A DNA stretch of 64,000 nt from Selaginella moellendorffii. Its lineage: Eukaryota; Plantae; Lycopodiophyta. The stretch covers positions 690,721 through 754,720 of the forward strand of contig NW_003314262.1 in NCBI RefSeq assembly GCF_000143415.4, given 5' to 3'. The position numbers and the translations under genes are program-made. This document shows positions 43,380 to 56,674 of the stretch, piece by piece; within the stretch, counting starts at the first letter, position 1, and the number at the start of each line of letters is the position of its first letter. The notes under the pieces were generated by a model. It saw only the letters and a program-made list of their open reading frames with translations. It was not told where the DNA came from and did not search any database.

Positions 43380-44700
43380 GTGCAATCGAGTGGGTTTTAC
43401 AAGGCGCGCGTTTCTGTTCTGGCAGCATGCAAATTTGTAAAGACAGCTTTGAGACAGGATGGGAGAGCACTGTTACGCTCATGGGACGAAATTTGTTTGC
43501 GGGGTTAACTGGAAAGAGCCACTTGAAGCTCCAACCCCACTGTGAACAATCCCAAAGCTCTCAAGCAGTATGTGCCCCTCATCGTCAACAACATAAAAGC
43601 GTGCCTTGCAAGGTGGTCTATGCAGGATAAGATCGTTCTTCTTACCGAGATGAGAAGGGTAAGCAGTTGTCTTAGTTTTCTTGTTGACACTGGTTTTTTC
43701 TGATATGACAGTTCACGTTTCTAACTGTCCTCTACATTTTATATGGGAAAGACTCCAGTCTCGACATGGAAGAGACTCTCCTTGTACTACATTGTCAACC
43801 AAGGCATTCAGGCTCTCCCCATCAACTTCCTTGGCACTGCGTACAACAAACCCATATGCGTTGTACATCATAGCTTTGTGACGTTTTCCCATTTTTCAGG
43901 CCGAGGCAAAAGCTCATCAAGCTTATCCAGGACGTGATCAACCAGCGCTTCTGGAAAGCCACAGAAACAAGCATTCTTTCGTTGCTCATGGATCAGCTGG
44001 ATGACAAGAAAGAGGCGCTGGAAGACGCTCATATCATAGACATGCTCAACATCTACATGAACGCTGGTCACGACTCAACGGCTCATGTCATCATGTGGCT
44101 GGTGATTTCATAAGGCAAAAGCCTGATGTGTTTGAGAAAGTGAAGGTAAACCTTTGCAGTTTCATACAAACTTTCCTTCATACATGTAATCTTTCTTCTT
44201 TAGGTCGAGCAAGACAACATTGCTAAAGTCATTTCAGAAGGGGAAATGCTCAACCTTTTATACATCAGAAGGATGCGCTACCTATCTAGTGTCAGTCCAT
44301 TTTCCCCTGTTTTTATTCCTGAATTTATTTTTTATTTTTGCAGGTTGTCAATGAAACACTGCGACTTGCAAAAATATCTCCAATGGTCTTTAGAAGAGCC
44401 TTGTTAGACCTCGAGTTTAATGGTGAGTCTGCTTCTTCTCTCAAGTGATTTTCAAGTGATGTTCAAGTGATTTGGAAGCGTGGCTAAGACAAGTACATAT
44501 GGATCCACCCTGATCCGGAAAAGTTCAATCCAGCTGGGAGGTACGAGATTCTCACCCATGCTCTGTAACTCTGGCTGGGGTTTTTCACTAGAAATATGGA
44601 GCATCTCCATTCACGTTCATACCCTTTGGGATGGGAAATCAAACTTACGAACTTGCCAAGCTTCAAATCTTCATTGTCGTCCATTACTTCGTTCTTACAG
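43380..44700 (+). pseudogene. CYP88 ent-kaurenoic acid oxidase (KAO)-like P450 pseudogene fragment with introns
   Basis: FETGWESTVTLMG; LTEMRR; NQGIQALPINFLGTAY; I-helix IIDMLNIYMNAGHDSTAHVIMW; VVNETLRL; heme loop PFGMGNQT-YELAKLQ lacks the Cys; frameshifts and stops. Confidence 0.78.
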
Positions 44701-46225
44701 GTGAAGATCTATTATTTGTGCCATTATTCCTTTATCTGGGGTTTGTAGGTGGACTGCCTTGGATCCCAACAGCAAAGTTTCTTACTCAACAGGATGAAAC
44801 TCAAAGACAAGAAGATACTCAAAGGCAGGCTTGCCAAGTACATTATAGAGGCTGTTTGTAAGTCCCAAATGTTTCTCATCACAGGTCTTTGGAGGACATG
44901 CATAGCTTTTATGACCATGGACCAAATGTTGAGAACAGCAGCATCATCAAGAAGATCTAAACACTTATGTAATTAGCAGTTTGGTGCCATTACATAAACC
45001 ATTTCTTACATCAAGATTATGTAATAGCATTGCAATGCTTCTTTTTTAAATATTTAATTTATGTGGAGGCAAGTTCGTGCAAATAATGGTATCCTACAAT
45101 CACAATCTCCTATTTCAATAGTCCAAGCTAACACATTATTGCAAATGAGAGAAGATGAGACCTTGTAGTAAGCCATTACAGAATAGTGAAATTTGAATAT
45201 TGTAAAATAAGAAGTTGATAGTTGGACTAAAGAAGGATTTTAGAAAAAAAAATTGGATTTGGTATTTGAAGCAGGAAAGAATAAGGAAGGTTTCTAATCT
45301 ATGAAAAACATATTAGTATTTATATCGGAAAGTAAATTTTTAGAATATTTTTTGTGAATATTATTTGTAATTTTTTTTTGCTATTTAGAGAAACCTTTGG
45401 TGATCTATATATTCCAAACATGCAATTCTTAAGGATATCTCAAAAATATCATTATTTTTTTAGAAAACTCTACTCTTGAAGACTTAAGAAAATTATTCTC
45501 ATTTATAAATATCCTAAAAAAATATCAAGCTTAAAATGAATATAAATTTCAGCTGTATATATGTTAATTATAACTTCTTTAATAATTCCTTTTAAAAATT
45601 ATTTTTTATTTTGTATTATATATTGATTATTATTTCACATTGTAATTTAAAAACAAATATATAAAATATATGGTTTGCATAGTACTGGGCTGGGTGAGCT
45701 CTCAAGAAGTCCAAATTCAGGAGCTTACATTTGGTATCAGAGAGGTTTTGGCTCCAACTCTGTTAGTGCCTCTCTTGGGTTCGACTTTATTGGTTGGCTA
45801 AGACAATCACACCACATGTTAATTAACATCAGGCAGGTCCAATTTTTAAAGATATTTATTTTTATTATATATCTAATATTATTATTTCACATTATAATTT
45901 AAAAACAAATATATATAATATCATAGATCTAAGTTTATTTTTTAATTTTTATGTTCTTTATAATCAAAGTATCAACAATCTAATTTAGAGAATGAAGAAT
46001 TAGAGAGGTAAAAATCAATATTAACACTTTATTTATAAATGATAATCTTGATACAACAATGTATATTATTTTTAAAAAAACTTAAGAACAACCTTTTTTT
46101 TTCTTTCAAAACCTGAAGCTCGGGCTATGTAGCTTGAAGGCAAGTTCTCTGGCCGCTGCCACCACATCAGCATGGCCATAGTGAGGAGTTAATGATGAGA
46201 TTTCATGCCTTGCTATGTCAGACAA

Positions 46226-47095
46226 ATGATCCAACCTTGTGTAGAGTATCAAACTTGTAGGAAATGAGTACTACTTACATGAACAACCCCTGAAAATCAG
46301 TGTTGGCAAGGATGCATCCATGTCCCAGGCCATTGATGAGAAGATCCTCTGGTGTTTCAATCTCACAAATAGCAACAACAGCCAAACAACCAACTTGAGT
46401 TCCTTCAACTCAATCAGAAAGTAGACTGTCTCTCAGTTTCTCTAAGTGACCAAGTCAGCTTGCAGGGAGACTTGTGATACTACAAATATTAAACCTGGTG
46501 AATCAATCCTTTTAAGAGTGCCTTGGCTGGGAATTGAGTAGCATGTGCATGGCCTTGCCACCAGTTTTCACCATCTATGCATCTATGCAACTACAAGCAA
46601 AAGCTTTGTTAGCTTCTTCTTAGAAATGAAAGAAAAACTCAAGCCACCTTCTGCAGTTCCATAAGCTAAAGAGTCTTTATTGGTACATCCAAGCAGATGA
46701 AGTTCCTTGGGTAAAAATTTGATAGCATAGACTGATTTTGTTTTTGAGTTGTATTTGTTATGATCACAGATTCAACAGCTAAAAGGATGTTAAATCTTAT
46801 CAAGTGGTGAGCTATTCAATGGGTACAATAAAAATTAAAAATAGATAGATAAAAAGGAGAAACAATATGTCATACAAATAGCAGATAGCTTAAAAAAATA
46901 AAAAACTTAGAATTTATTCTAGGGTCCTCCCATAGTAAATTCAAATGATGAGATTAAAAAAATTTAAAAATTTCACAATAGTCTTAATAAATTCAAATAA
47001 TATAGATATTTAATTATTGGTAATGTAGTTACTGAATAGTTATATTACTTTTGTGTTAATTTTTAATGGCATGCATTCGAATTTGGGATTAGGGC
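46226..47095 (+). repeat. Direct repeat copy 1 (copy 2 ~59327-60005, with an internal deletion)
   Basis: Shared ccaacct..gtagagta..aaacttgtaggaaatgagtactac through gggattag. Confidence 0.88.
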
Positions 47096-48007
47096 AACTA
47101 AAAAAATGGAACTTTATTATGCATGATGACATTTTGACACTTCTTTGACAATACAGGATTACTTCTTCTTTTAACAAAAAAACTTTATTATATCATTCAC
47201 CGTTATAGTGTACAGAAAATGATAATAATGTGATGAATAATATATCATATATAAAATATAATAATTTTAATATGTATATAGTCATGTGTTAGATCCATTT
47301 TATAATTAAAATATTAATAATTTAATAATCTAGGTTAATATAATCATGTTCTTCTTTATATTTTTAATGAATAGTAAGTATAGATATGTATTCTTAAACT
47401 GGAATTTTCTAGATTTTTAGCTGTATTTGATTTGAATTGTTTTGGCTATAGATAATCTTATGGCAAATTATTAAAAGCTTTAAATTTTCTTAATGCTTTT
47501 GGAATAATGACTACTATATATATCTTACTAGCACCTAATTAGAATCCTGATGAAGCATGGTTATTTATTTTTTAAATTTAGTCTGATTAATCTGGATATG
47601 TAATTGAGAGCTGTTCGACTACTTTATAGCATAAAACATATTTCTTGAGAAGTTCAAATAAACCAGTCATTNNNNNNNNNNNNNNNNNNNNNNNNNNNNN
47701 NNNNNNNNNNNNNNNNNNNNNNNNNNNNNNNNNNNNNNNNNNNNNNNNNNNNNNNNNNNNNNNNNNNNNNNNNNNNNNNNNNNNNNNNNNNNNNNNNNNN
47801 NNNNNNNNNNNNNNNNNNNNNNNNNNNNNNNNNNNNNNNNNNNNNNNNNNNNNNNNNNNNNNNNNNNNNNNNNNNNNNNNNNNNNNNNNNNNNNNNNNNN
47901 NNNNNCTAAATATTTAAAATTATTATGTCTATCTTTCTAAAGGGGAATTGTATCATTCTAAAAAATATGACACATTATTATGCTTTATTTGAAACTATTA
48001 AGTTTTT

Positions 48008-48059
48008 AAATAGCAACTTCAAATAAAGAGTACTAATAGAAACCCCAGCTCCACTGGGA
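48008..48059 (-). mobile_element. Degenerate Helitron 3' end fused to a 5' end (minus strand)
   Basis: Reverse complement: CCCAGTGGAGCTGGGGTTTCTATTAG|TACTCTTTATTTGAAGTTGCTATTT. Confidence 0.6.
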
Positions 48060-48928
48060 AATATAGCATACCCAAGATAAATAAATCTTCTTTCCTAATT
48101 TTATAATGTTAGAAATGTGATTGTATACAAGGTTAAATTTATCTAAATTTTGCTACTATTCATATCCAGAGAAATGCACAATAATGCAAGTGTTGGGGAA
48201 GACAAGATCATTTTTTAATCATCATTAAATTTGAATTTGATGGTTTTATTGCCTTTATATAATAAAAACATAATCTAAGATAGCGCTTATACCATATTAA
48301 ATACCATGTCATATATGAGACATGAATGCATAATTTTATGATAAAGCATTAGTACAAATTTTTCTTAACTCAAACATTATATCTCTAATATAATTATTAT
48401 CTTTGGATGCACCTCTTTTCAACATCTCTAATGTAGTGTGAATATCTAGGTAGATTTAATTATGTATATTTTAAAATGTAAAACCAGATGCATAATAAAA
48501 ATTCTATTATTCTTTAGTAAACTATGAAAGTTAGAGGCATGATTACAGTTCAGATTAAAAAATTTAGCTCAGTATGTAATCAAAATTATAATTTCTCCAA
48601 ACTAACCTATTATTTTTTGGTAGTCTATAATTCTTCAGTTTTGTGAAAAGTTGATTGCTTTTAAAGTATGGCAGCAATCTTGTTTATGTGTTTAGGGTTT
48701 TGTACCTTTCTATAAATGCAATAAAAAATTTAAATTCAAATATAATGATGATTAAAAAATGATCTTATCTTCCCCAACACTTGCATTACTATTTAATTTC
48801 ATTATTATGCATTTCTCTGGAGATGAATAATAGCAAAACTTAGATAAATTTAACTTTGTATACAATCAAAAGTTTTAACATTGTAAAATTAGAAAAGAAG
48901 ATCTATTTAGCTTGGGTATGCTATATCT

Positions 48929-49020
48929 CCCAGCGGAGCTGGGGTCTTTGCTAGTCATACTCTTTATTTAAAGTTGCTATTTTGGCATCAGTGTCACATA
49001 TTCCATTTTTAGAATATCCA
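48929..49020 (+). mobile_element. Helitron 3' end (hairpin + CTAG) joined head-to-tail to a 5' end (TC)
   Basis: CCCAGC-GGA-GCTGGG (48929-48943), 7 nt, CTAG (48951-48954), then TCATACTCTTTATTTAAAGTTGCTATTTTGGCATC. Confidence 0.75.
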
Positions 49021-49847
49021 TTTCTACTTATGGTGGATGCTCCCAATCGGACGGACTTAATCTGTGATGCTCCAAAAGAACAGTGAAGATCGTTACATGG
49101 TGGCAAAAACAGTGGCACCTCTTGAATTCTAGATTCGTAGCTTTGTAAATTTTAGGTTTAAGGAGACCAAATTTATCGAGCAAGATCCTACAGTTCTTTA
49201 CAGTTCTTTACAGACCTTGGATATTGAAATATGAAGCCAGGTATGATGAATTTGTAACCACTTTTGTACACTAATTCCATATTGTTTGTTGTAGATTTTC
49301 TATCATTATAGAATTGAAAGGCAGAGAGTTTATGGTTGTGGTATTCTTGCAGTGGTCTGGGTGGGATAAAATCCTAAAATTTTGTGTTGTATAGCTGTTT
49401 TACAGTTTTGGAGCCGAAGTGTTTGCTCGAAATTTCCCAGCGAGGAGTGCACTGGCGATGCAGCAGCTTTGTGCACTGGCACTCTCAAGTTATCATCACT
49501 TCAGCCACCGATATCAGGGTAGAGCGCAACACATTCTGATCCAATTATGACCTCTACAGCCACCAGTCAGGAAAAAGAGCAGCAAAAAAAAAAAGGCATG
49601 TACCTGTAGAGTTTGATAATTGTATTCGTAGATAATGTTTCTATAGCAGATAGTCTCCAAAATGTAGGGTCACTCTACGAAATAACTGCAAAGCATACTT
49701 GAGCAAAGCCTTCCCTCCCAATTGATAGAACAGTTGCAAACCTAGAATTGAAGCAGTACCTCCCATATGTGGATTTATCCTGGCCGTCTATATCAATTGT
49801 CACAGATTTGGACAGTCGGATTGATAGTATCTGCCATAAGTACAACT

Positions 49848-49913
49848 GGATATTCTAAATATGGAATATGTGACGCCGATGCCAAAATAGCAACTTTAAA
49901 TAAAGAGTATTGA
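49848..49913 (-). mobile_element. Helitron-type 5' terminus
   Basis: Reverse complement: A|TCAATACTCTTTATTTAAAGTTGCTATTTTGGCATCGGCGTCACATATTCCATATTTAGAATATCCA; matches 48955 onward. Confidence 0.65.
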
Positions 49914-52769
49914 TCTGATAAAATTAGAATTATTTTTCTCACATCCACAGCGCTTCCTTGGCAACGCAAACACAAAGAGCCATAAACTCAGATTCCCATA
50001 ACTAAATACAATTTGCTCAGTCACCTTTTTTAAGCTTAACGATAGCCCTTGTCTGATATAGCTGCACTGCTACATAACTTCATCGGCATTCTTGAAGCCA
50101 TACTGCAGATCTCAGGGTAGAGCACAACACATCATCATACTCATATATTTAAACGAAAGAGCCGGTATAATAATAGCATATGCTGGGGACACTTATTCTG
50201 GGCATATCCCAAAATCTAAANNNNNNNNNNNNNNNNNNNNNNNNNNNNNNNNNNNNNNNNNNNNNNNNNNNNNNNNNNNNNNNNNNNNNNNNNNNNNNNN
50301 NNNNNNNNNNNNNNNNNNNNAAGAAAAAAAAAAGTTAATTTTTTTCCAGTTTTTTTTCCAAGACGGCAGCGTCATGCATCTTATGTATGGAGCCCAGCAG
50401 CGAAAGCTTGGCATGTTTTTGGCCATAAGGTACGCATTTTTCGCTCAGCATCCCGGTTTGGTTTTGTGATATGTTGTGCACAAGCTCTGTTGATTGTTGA
50501 GATATCTTCCCAGAAAGTATTGCAGCATTGATAAAACGAATCCCTCTTTTCGTGTTCTTGAGTTGATCATATTTTCTCCCAGCAGCATTGCAGCTTGTCC
50601 AGCAGATGGCTGCCAGTAGTCACCACAATTTGCAGGGATTTGCTCTTGAGCCCCAGAGGATCCTGGTGGCTACGCCCTTACTCTTACCATTGCCCTGGCG
50701 CAGATCCATCCAATCCATCAGCATCTGCTGCAGTACCATGCTCAGGGCATCTTGTCAAACACCTCAAATGGGATCAGTGCTTGCCATAGCCAAGAGCATG
50801 ACATTTTAAGGCACAATGTCCAAGGAAGAAAACTTGAGCAGTTCCACAAATTGCAGACTGGAGTTGTGGACTGGTTTTTTCATGTAGTCCCTCGTGGTTT
50901 CTTCTTCTGACTCTTGGTAACATAATGTGTTCTTCTTGGTGATCTTAGTATTCTTTTCCAGAGAACTTGTAGTCCTGGAGCTTTCAAGACTGCTGATTCA
51001 ACAAAGGAGGAAGTATGTGAAGATTGCTATTTGGATGGAATTGAGAGCGATGACACTCCCAATTGATGTGAATGTGAGAGATGAGTCTTTGTGTGTATGT
51101 ATTCCTAATTTGATAATTCTTCCAGATTGTTTACTTTGATGCATTGAGGCTGTAATCAACTGGTTTTTCTCACGCTTGAGTCGTCAATTGTACTCCTACA
51201 GTTGGGACACAATGGACGATTACACTTTAATTGTACTTCTGTGACACAATGGTGATTACACTGCAGACCAGGTCAGCCTCCTCTTCTTTTCTTATGATTT
51301 TGTCTTTTCTAAACTGGATAAACGTTTTTTATTTTTCTTTTAGATGCTTCCACATTGTCAAGAATGATGCGATTGGAGGTACTGAGACTCACAAATAATG
51401 CCAAAGAAAATAGTTGTGGATTCAACGGAAAGAGGTAACATTCGATAAATTATTGTTTGTATACAAACCTGATTTTTGCTTGCAAACAAACGTACCAGAT
51501 CACAAAGCGAGGTCCAGACCTGGTCCTGAAAATCCAAGGACAGCTTTGGAGCATACTTCATCACGTGTGGAGCTGCATCCGGCTAAGCAAAGCATTGAGC
51601 CTCCATGCCAACAGCAATCAAAACTGTCACATGGAACATAAAGTGATGTGAGATTTCTACAAGACAAACTTAAAATTTATTCCATGTCATGGAAACTATT
51701 ACCTGAACCATTTGTGTTTGGGCATACACAAAAAAGCAAAAAATAAATTACATGGAATGAATGGAGCTATTAAAATAAATGATGAGACACCAACCAGAAA
51801 CTTTTTCGGCNNNNNNNNNNNNNNNNNNNNNNNNNNNNNNNNNNNNNNNNNNNNNNNNNNNNNNNNNNNNNNNNNNNNNNNNNNNNNNNNNNNNNNNNNN
51901 NNNNNNNNNNCATAAAAGAAAATCACCATCTTTAGAAGCTGAAATGCGTTATGTGCACAAGAATCATTACATATAGCCTGTTGGTCAGAGTTTACTTCTT
52001 TTCAGCTTTTCAGTCACTTCTGTACCAGTGACCACATTTTCAATGATCACCACTTAGGAACTTCTCCTACATCTCATGTCCAGAAACTTAGCCATAGTCT
52101 CTGAAACTGGTCATCATGTATAATAGACAGTGACAGTGGCAAAGGCAGTGTGCTTGCCTTCCATTTGAAGTCCCAGAATCCTCAGAGAGCTTCAAGACTG
52201 CTATGAATCCCAGAGGAGATGCAGCCTCCAAAGGAAAACATCTGGAGCCCAAGTCGGGCTAGATGAAAATATAACTTGAGAAACTTGTAGATAATAGCTT
52301 CATGATGATGGGACATGCATAACACTCTACATAAGAAATGGAAAATTAAGCTCTAATCACCATTGAGGGCTTTGCCTGCTGAAAGAATGTCAATTTAACT
52401 ATTTTAAGTGTTGAACTCATGCTACTGATTCTTGGGTATGGGCATCAAGAAGAATGCAAGAGATACATTGAATAGAGGTAAGTGGTGCTAGACCCTGGTC
52501 ATCCCATCACGATCGCCACCCATTGCACACTTCATGGATCAATCCATTTACTATTAACCTCAAAGAAAAACTGCCTACCTGATCATTGCCTTAGCTTTCT
52601 TAACGTTGATTGCCAAATAACTGTTATAGCAAGAGGAAGGTTTGTCATGCCTCTTGAATTCAGGGCAAATAGGTCCCTCAACCATGGCAACAACAGCACT
52701 AATTCCCAGATTAGACGATGATGTTACATACCAATACCTCTTGCAATTCCCACTACCAGCCCATGGTAA

Positions 52770-53236
52770 ATTGAATGTGTTTGCAAAAGAACAGGTCAGG
52801 AGTACTGGGAAGATGAAGGCATTGAAGAAAAAAAGCCAGCATGCAGGCAAATGATGAACATATTTCACCCATATGATCCTGTCGCTTACAGGTATCAATA
52901 TACTGCCGTGTTAGCAGTGTTTACATTTATCCTTTCGTCTTGATTACAGAGTGGAACCTCTGATATCTATTCTTTTTGGAGAAAGTCAGTGAATATCTTG
53001 GGATACAGGTAAACATAGTGCTTTGTAAGTTTTGCTATCAAAGCTAGAGGAAGTTCTTCGGTTGGGGTATGGTTTTGTTACAGTTTTTTACGGCAGTATG
53101 GTGACAGAAAGGCTATCTAGAAGTCCCAATGGTAGAGTCGACTTAATGCTACAGGTAAGTCTTGCTCTTTGCTATCACGTCATTCTCGTGTGGATCCAGG
53201 ATACAAAATTTAAGCACCACTACATATCGCTATCTG
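52770..53236 (+). pseudogene. DDHD phospholipase A1 (SGR2-like) C-terminal fragment
   Basis: Manual translation: GQEYWEDEGIEEKKPACRQMMNIFHPYDPVAYR / VEPLI; later GRVDLMLQ / DTKFKHHYI; introns retained, internal deletion. Confidence 0.75.
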
Positions 53237-56200
53237 ATCAACGACAGCAGTGGCTGGAGAGAGAGAGGAGATTTGGAGTCGGAATCACAGCAGTAGCAGC
53301 AGCAGCATCACCAGTGAGAAGATCTCAAGGCCATGAGAATCCTCCACCAGTTTGGGATCAGTCACATGTACGTAGCGGCCAGGTGAGAAGGGCAGTGCGA
53401 GGGACAGGGACGAAGATCTCACAAGGGACAGGGATGAAGATCTTACAGGGTCCGTCATCACCCAGGAGCAGCAGAGATTGATGAGGTCCTGGTTTGCTCT
53501 ATCACTTTGGAGTCATTTCTGAGTGGCAAGGTGAGCTTCAACGTGGTGGCAGTGATCCAGAGCAGCAGCTCTAGAAGTGGTAATGATGACCATGCGTTTC
53601 TCTACAGGGACACGGTGCTGTACAAATCCAATTACTATCAGCATCACATGTCTGAGGACAAATTAAGTGAAGTGGTGCCAGATTCAATTGTATTTGTGTT
53701 GTAATACTACATTTTATATAAGGTGTCTCCTACCCTTGACTGGCTACAAAAAATAGCAAATGTCTTTCCCTCTTTGCTCTAAGTGAGCACTCTGACCAAC
53801 ACACATAACAGTAACATATGTGTCGAGAAGGATAAGTACAAGCCCACTGCTCAGTTCAAGCTCAAAGTCACCTTGCTTCTCTACATTTATATCAACAGCT
53901 CCTCTACATAATCAGGCTGTGTACTCCACATGAACCATGGAGCCTATAGTTGGCCTGTCGCAAGATGTCTCTTCTCCTCCGGTATTCCTGTTGAAGCACT
54001 AAGCAACAAGTAAGCAATACAAACCTTACACCATATCACTCACGGTCACTTTCACAAAAGCTTACTTAAATTCCACGCTTGCGCAGAGTCAGAATCATGT
54101 AAATATGAGCGCACACTCGCAGTTATGCTCGCTGTCCCAGTACAGAATTTTCCTCCTCTTTAGTGCTACTGATATCAGCACATGGAACTGCACACTCACT
54201 AAAGAGAATCCATTCACTGCGAAGAGGAACCCACCAAAAAAAATCCCACCCGTTCTGTTTAGAACTCTCATAGCAGGCGGAAGATAGGGCTTCACGCATT
54301 CTTCCAGGGCTTGAGCATGGAGTTGGGGCGGTAGCATTCTCTGTGGTAGTGCCATTGCTAGGGATTTCAATATAACATGTTCTTGGGGCCTAGATCGAGA
54401 AGCTTTATGGAACCACTCCACTGGAATCATCTCCAGATGGTGGGGTAGCCTCGAGCAGATTGTTATGATGATCCCTATTTGTCTTTGTCTTTCCTGCATA
54501 TGATGTGGTGGAGAACACAAGGACAACAACAACATTGGCTTTGAATAATCAGCCTCTGGGAAAGTCCTGCAAACAGTTCCATACGGTTCTCAACTATTTG
54601 CGGCATATGGATCACAGATGTGGTGACTCTTGTACTCAGTGTGCTGCCTAACTCTTCACTTATTTCCTCTGGGGATGATCAGAAAGTAATAACTTGAACA
54701 ATGTTTTCTCTGCTTCTAAATTTCCAGGCACTTCCACTCTTGTATGATCCTGATGATAATGAGAATGTGGATAATGTGGACTTATCACACGAGCACGTAC
54801 TGTGGCAGACTTTCTCAAGAGAACTAAACTAATACAAGATGCAGATAGGTTCATCAAGAGAATGTCATTCACTTCTTAGTGACTGCTTAGTGCCTGTAAA
54901 GTTCACGAGGACTTGGAGAGATGATCAAAAGGTGGCGATGGATATGCTTAAGTGTGTGAAATGTGAGCATGAGTTCTGTGCTTTGTAGGAGCTTCATTAT
55001 TGCTGAGACTTGAATTCAAACTATCTCTTTATTTTCTATCTAAGTCACGTGTATATGCACTGTTAGCACAACTATTATATAGAAACTGAATAAGAGTTTT
55101 GATGGATGGCTCAAAAGAAGTTAGGTTGATTCAAACAATACCTCTCCAAATTTTTGAAGAGATGGAGAATGATAACTCCACAATGGTGAGATGTGATGGT
55201 AAGAATTAAGGACTAATGCTTAACATAAACATGAAGTTTACCTATGTATGTATTAAGCTTCTAAGCATAAAAAGTGGCAAGAGGAAGATGGATAAAGACA
55301 ATAAATTCTACACAACCAACCATGCAAACAAACCGTCAAGTAGGCAACAATCAAAAGTAAAAGCAAAATAAGTGTTAGATAAAATGCAAAACATCATGGA
55401 TGAGTTGACAAAAACTTGTTAAGTGAAATGCTGATGAAGCACAAGCAAATGTTCTCAAAAAATCACAAATCATATCGCTGATTTTATTATTTCAATACCT
55501 ATTTACCATACTTATTTCTGCTGCTTGAGCAGTATCTAAAATATATAACTGTGAATAAACCAATATTATAATAAACTTGTCCATGTATTTTAAAATAATA
55601 AGGGCCACCTACTGCAATCTCTTCAATGTTTGCACCTATTGATGCAAATACTAATGCACTATTATAATTTCGTATTAATACACATATAACTTTTTTGACT
55701 GCAGATATTATATTAGAGAATAAATATAAGTACTTATAAAAATGTATAAATGCGAAGTATGAAAGTGTGGATGTACTTCAACATCATAAATTATACAATC
55801 TGCTATTCTTTTCGTGAGTAACCTTTTTTACTTGAACTCTGAAACAAACAGTGAATCTAACTGAAAGAAACACAAGGTTGTTTCTTGTATTTTTTTCTCT
55901 CAATGCATTATCATGTTCTTCTCCTTTGCATTTTTTTCAATGGAAAGCAGACATTGTGATGACAAATATCTTTGGAAAATTGTTTCCAATGCAGAAGCTC
56001 TTGGCCATTTGAACACTACATTGATATGTGGGCTAAGATATATTTTCTTTATTTAGCCAGGCATTAGGGTAATTCAGGGCAGGGTAGTGAGCTGATTAGC
56101 TTTTTTGAAGCTTGATAGTGATGAGGATCTGATAGAGATTCAAGATGTAATGCTGCCACAATGTGCCAACTTGTCATGGAGAAAAAAAGTGATGTATGCT

Positions 56201-56674
56201 CATATCCAAGTTATTAGGGTGACACCATCTAGCCAGCACTATTGCAAGCTAGCATTGGACAATAAGAGTGAGTCACATCTATTTCTTGTTGATCATGTAG
56301 ATAGAATAAGAAATCTATTTGTATTCCACAATTTGACAATGCATGCATGGGCTTCTGGTTACACAAATTATACTATAAATTATAAGTTAAGATATTAATA
56401 ACTTATTCTATAATATTTTAATATCATAAAAATCATGATACTAAATTTTTTATATATACATTATAATATAGTATGTTATAATATAATAATAATTTATATA
56501 TTAAGCATATCTATAATTGTAAACATATATTAGACATATATTATGTAAAAGGAACTTTCATTATAAATATTATATTTTTTTATCTATGTATGTTATTAAT
56601 ATAAATATGTTAAAAATTACAATTATGATTACAACTCTTTGAAATTACTAAATCATCAGAAATAAATATGATGC

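Noticed and set aside
43380-44700. Possible terpenoid biosynthetic gene cluster around the P450
   Set aside because: The P450 is broken and no terpene synthase or tailoring genes are nearby.
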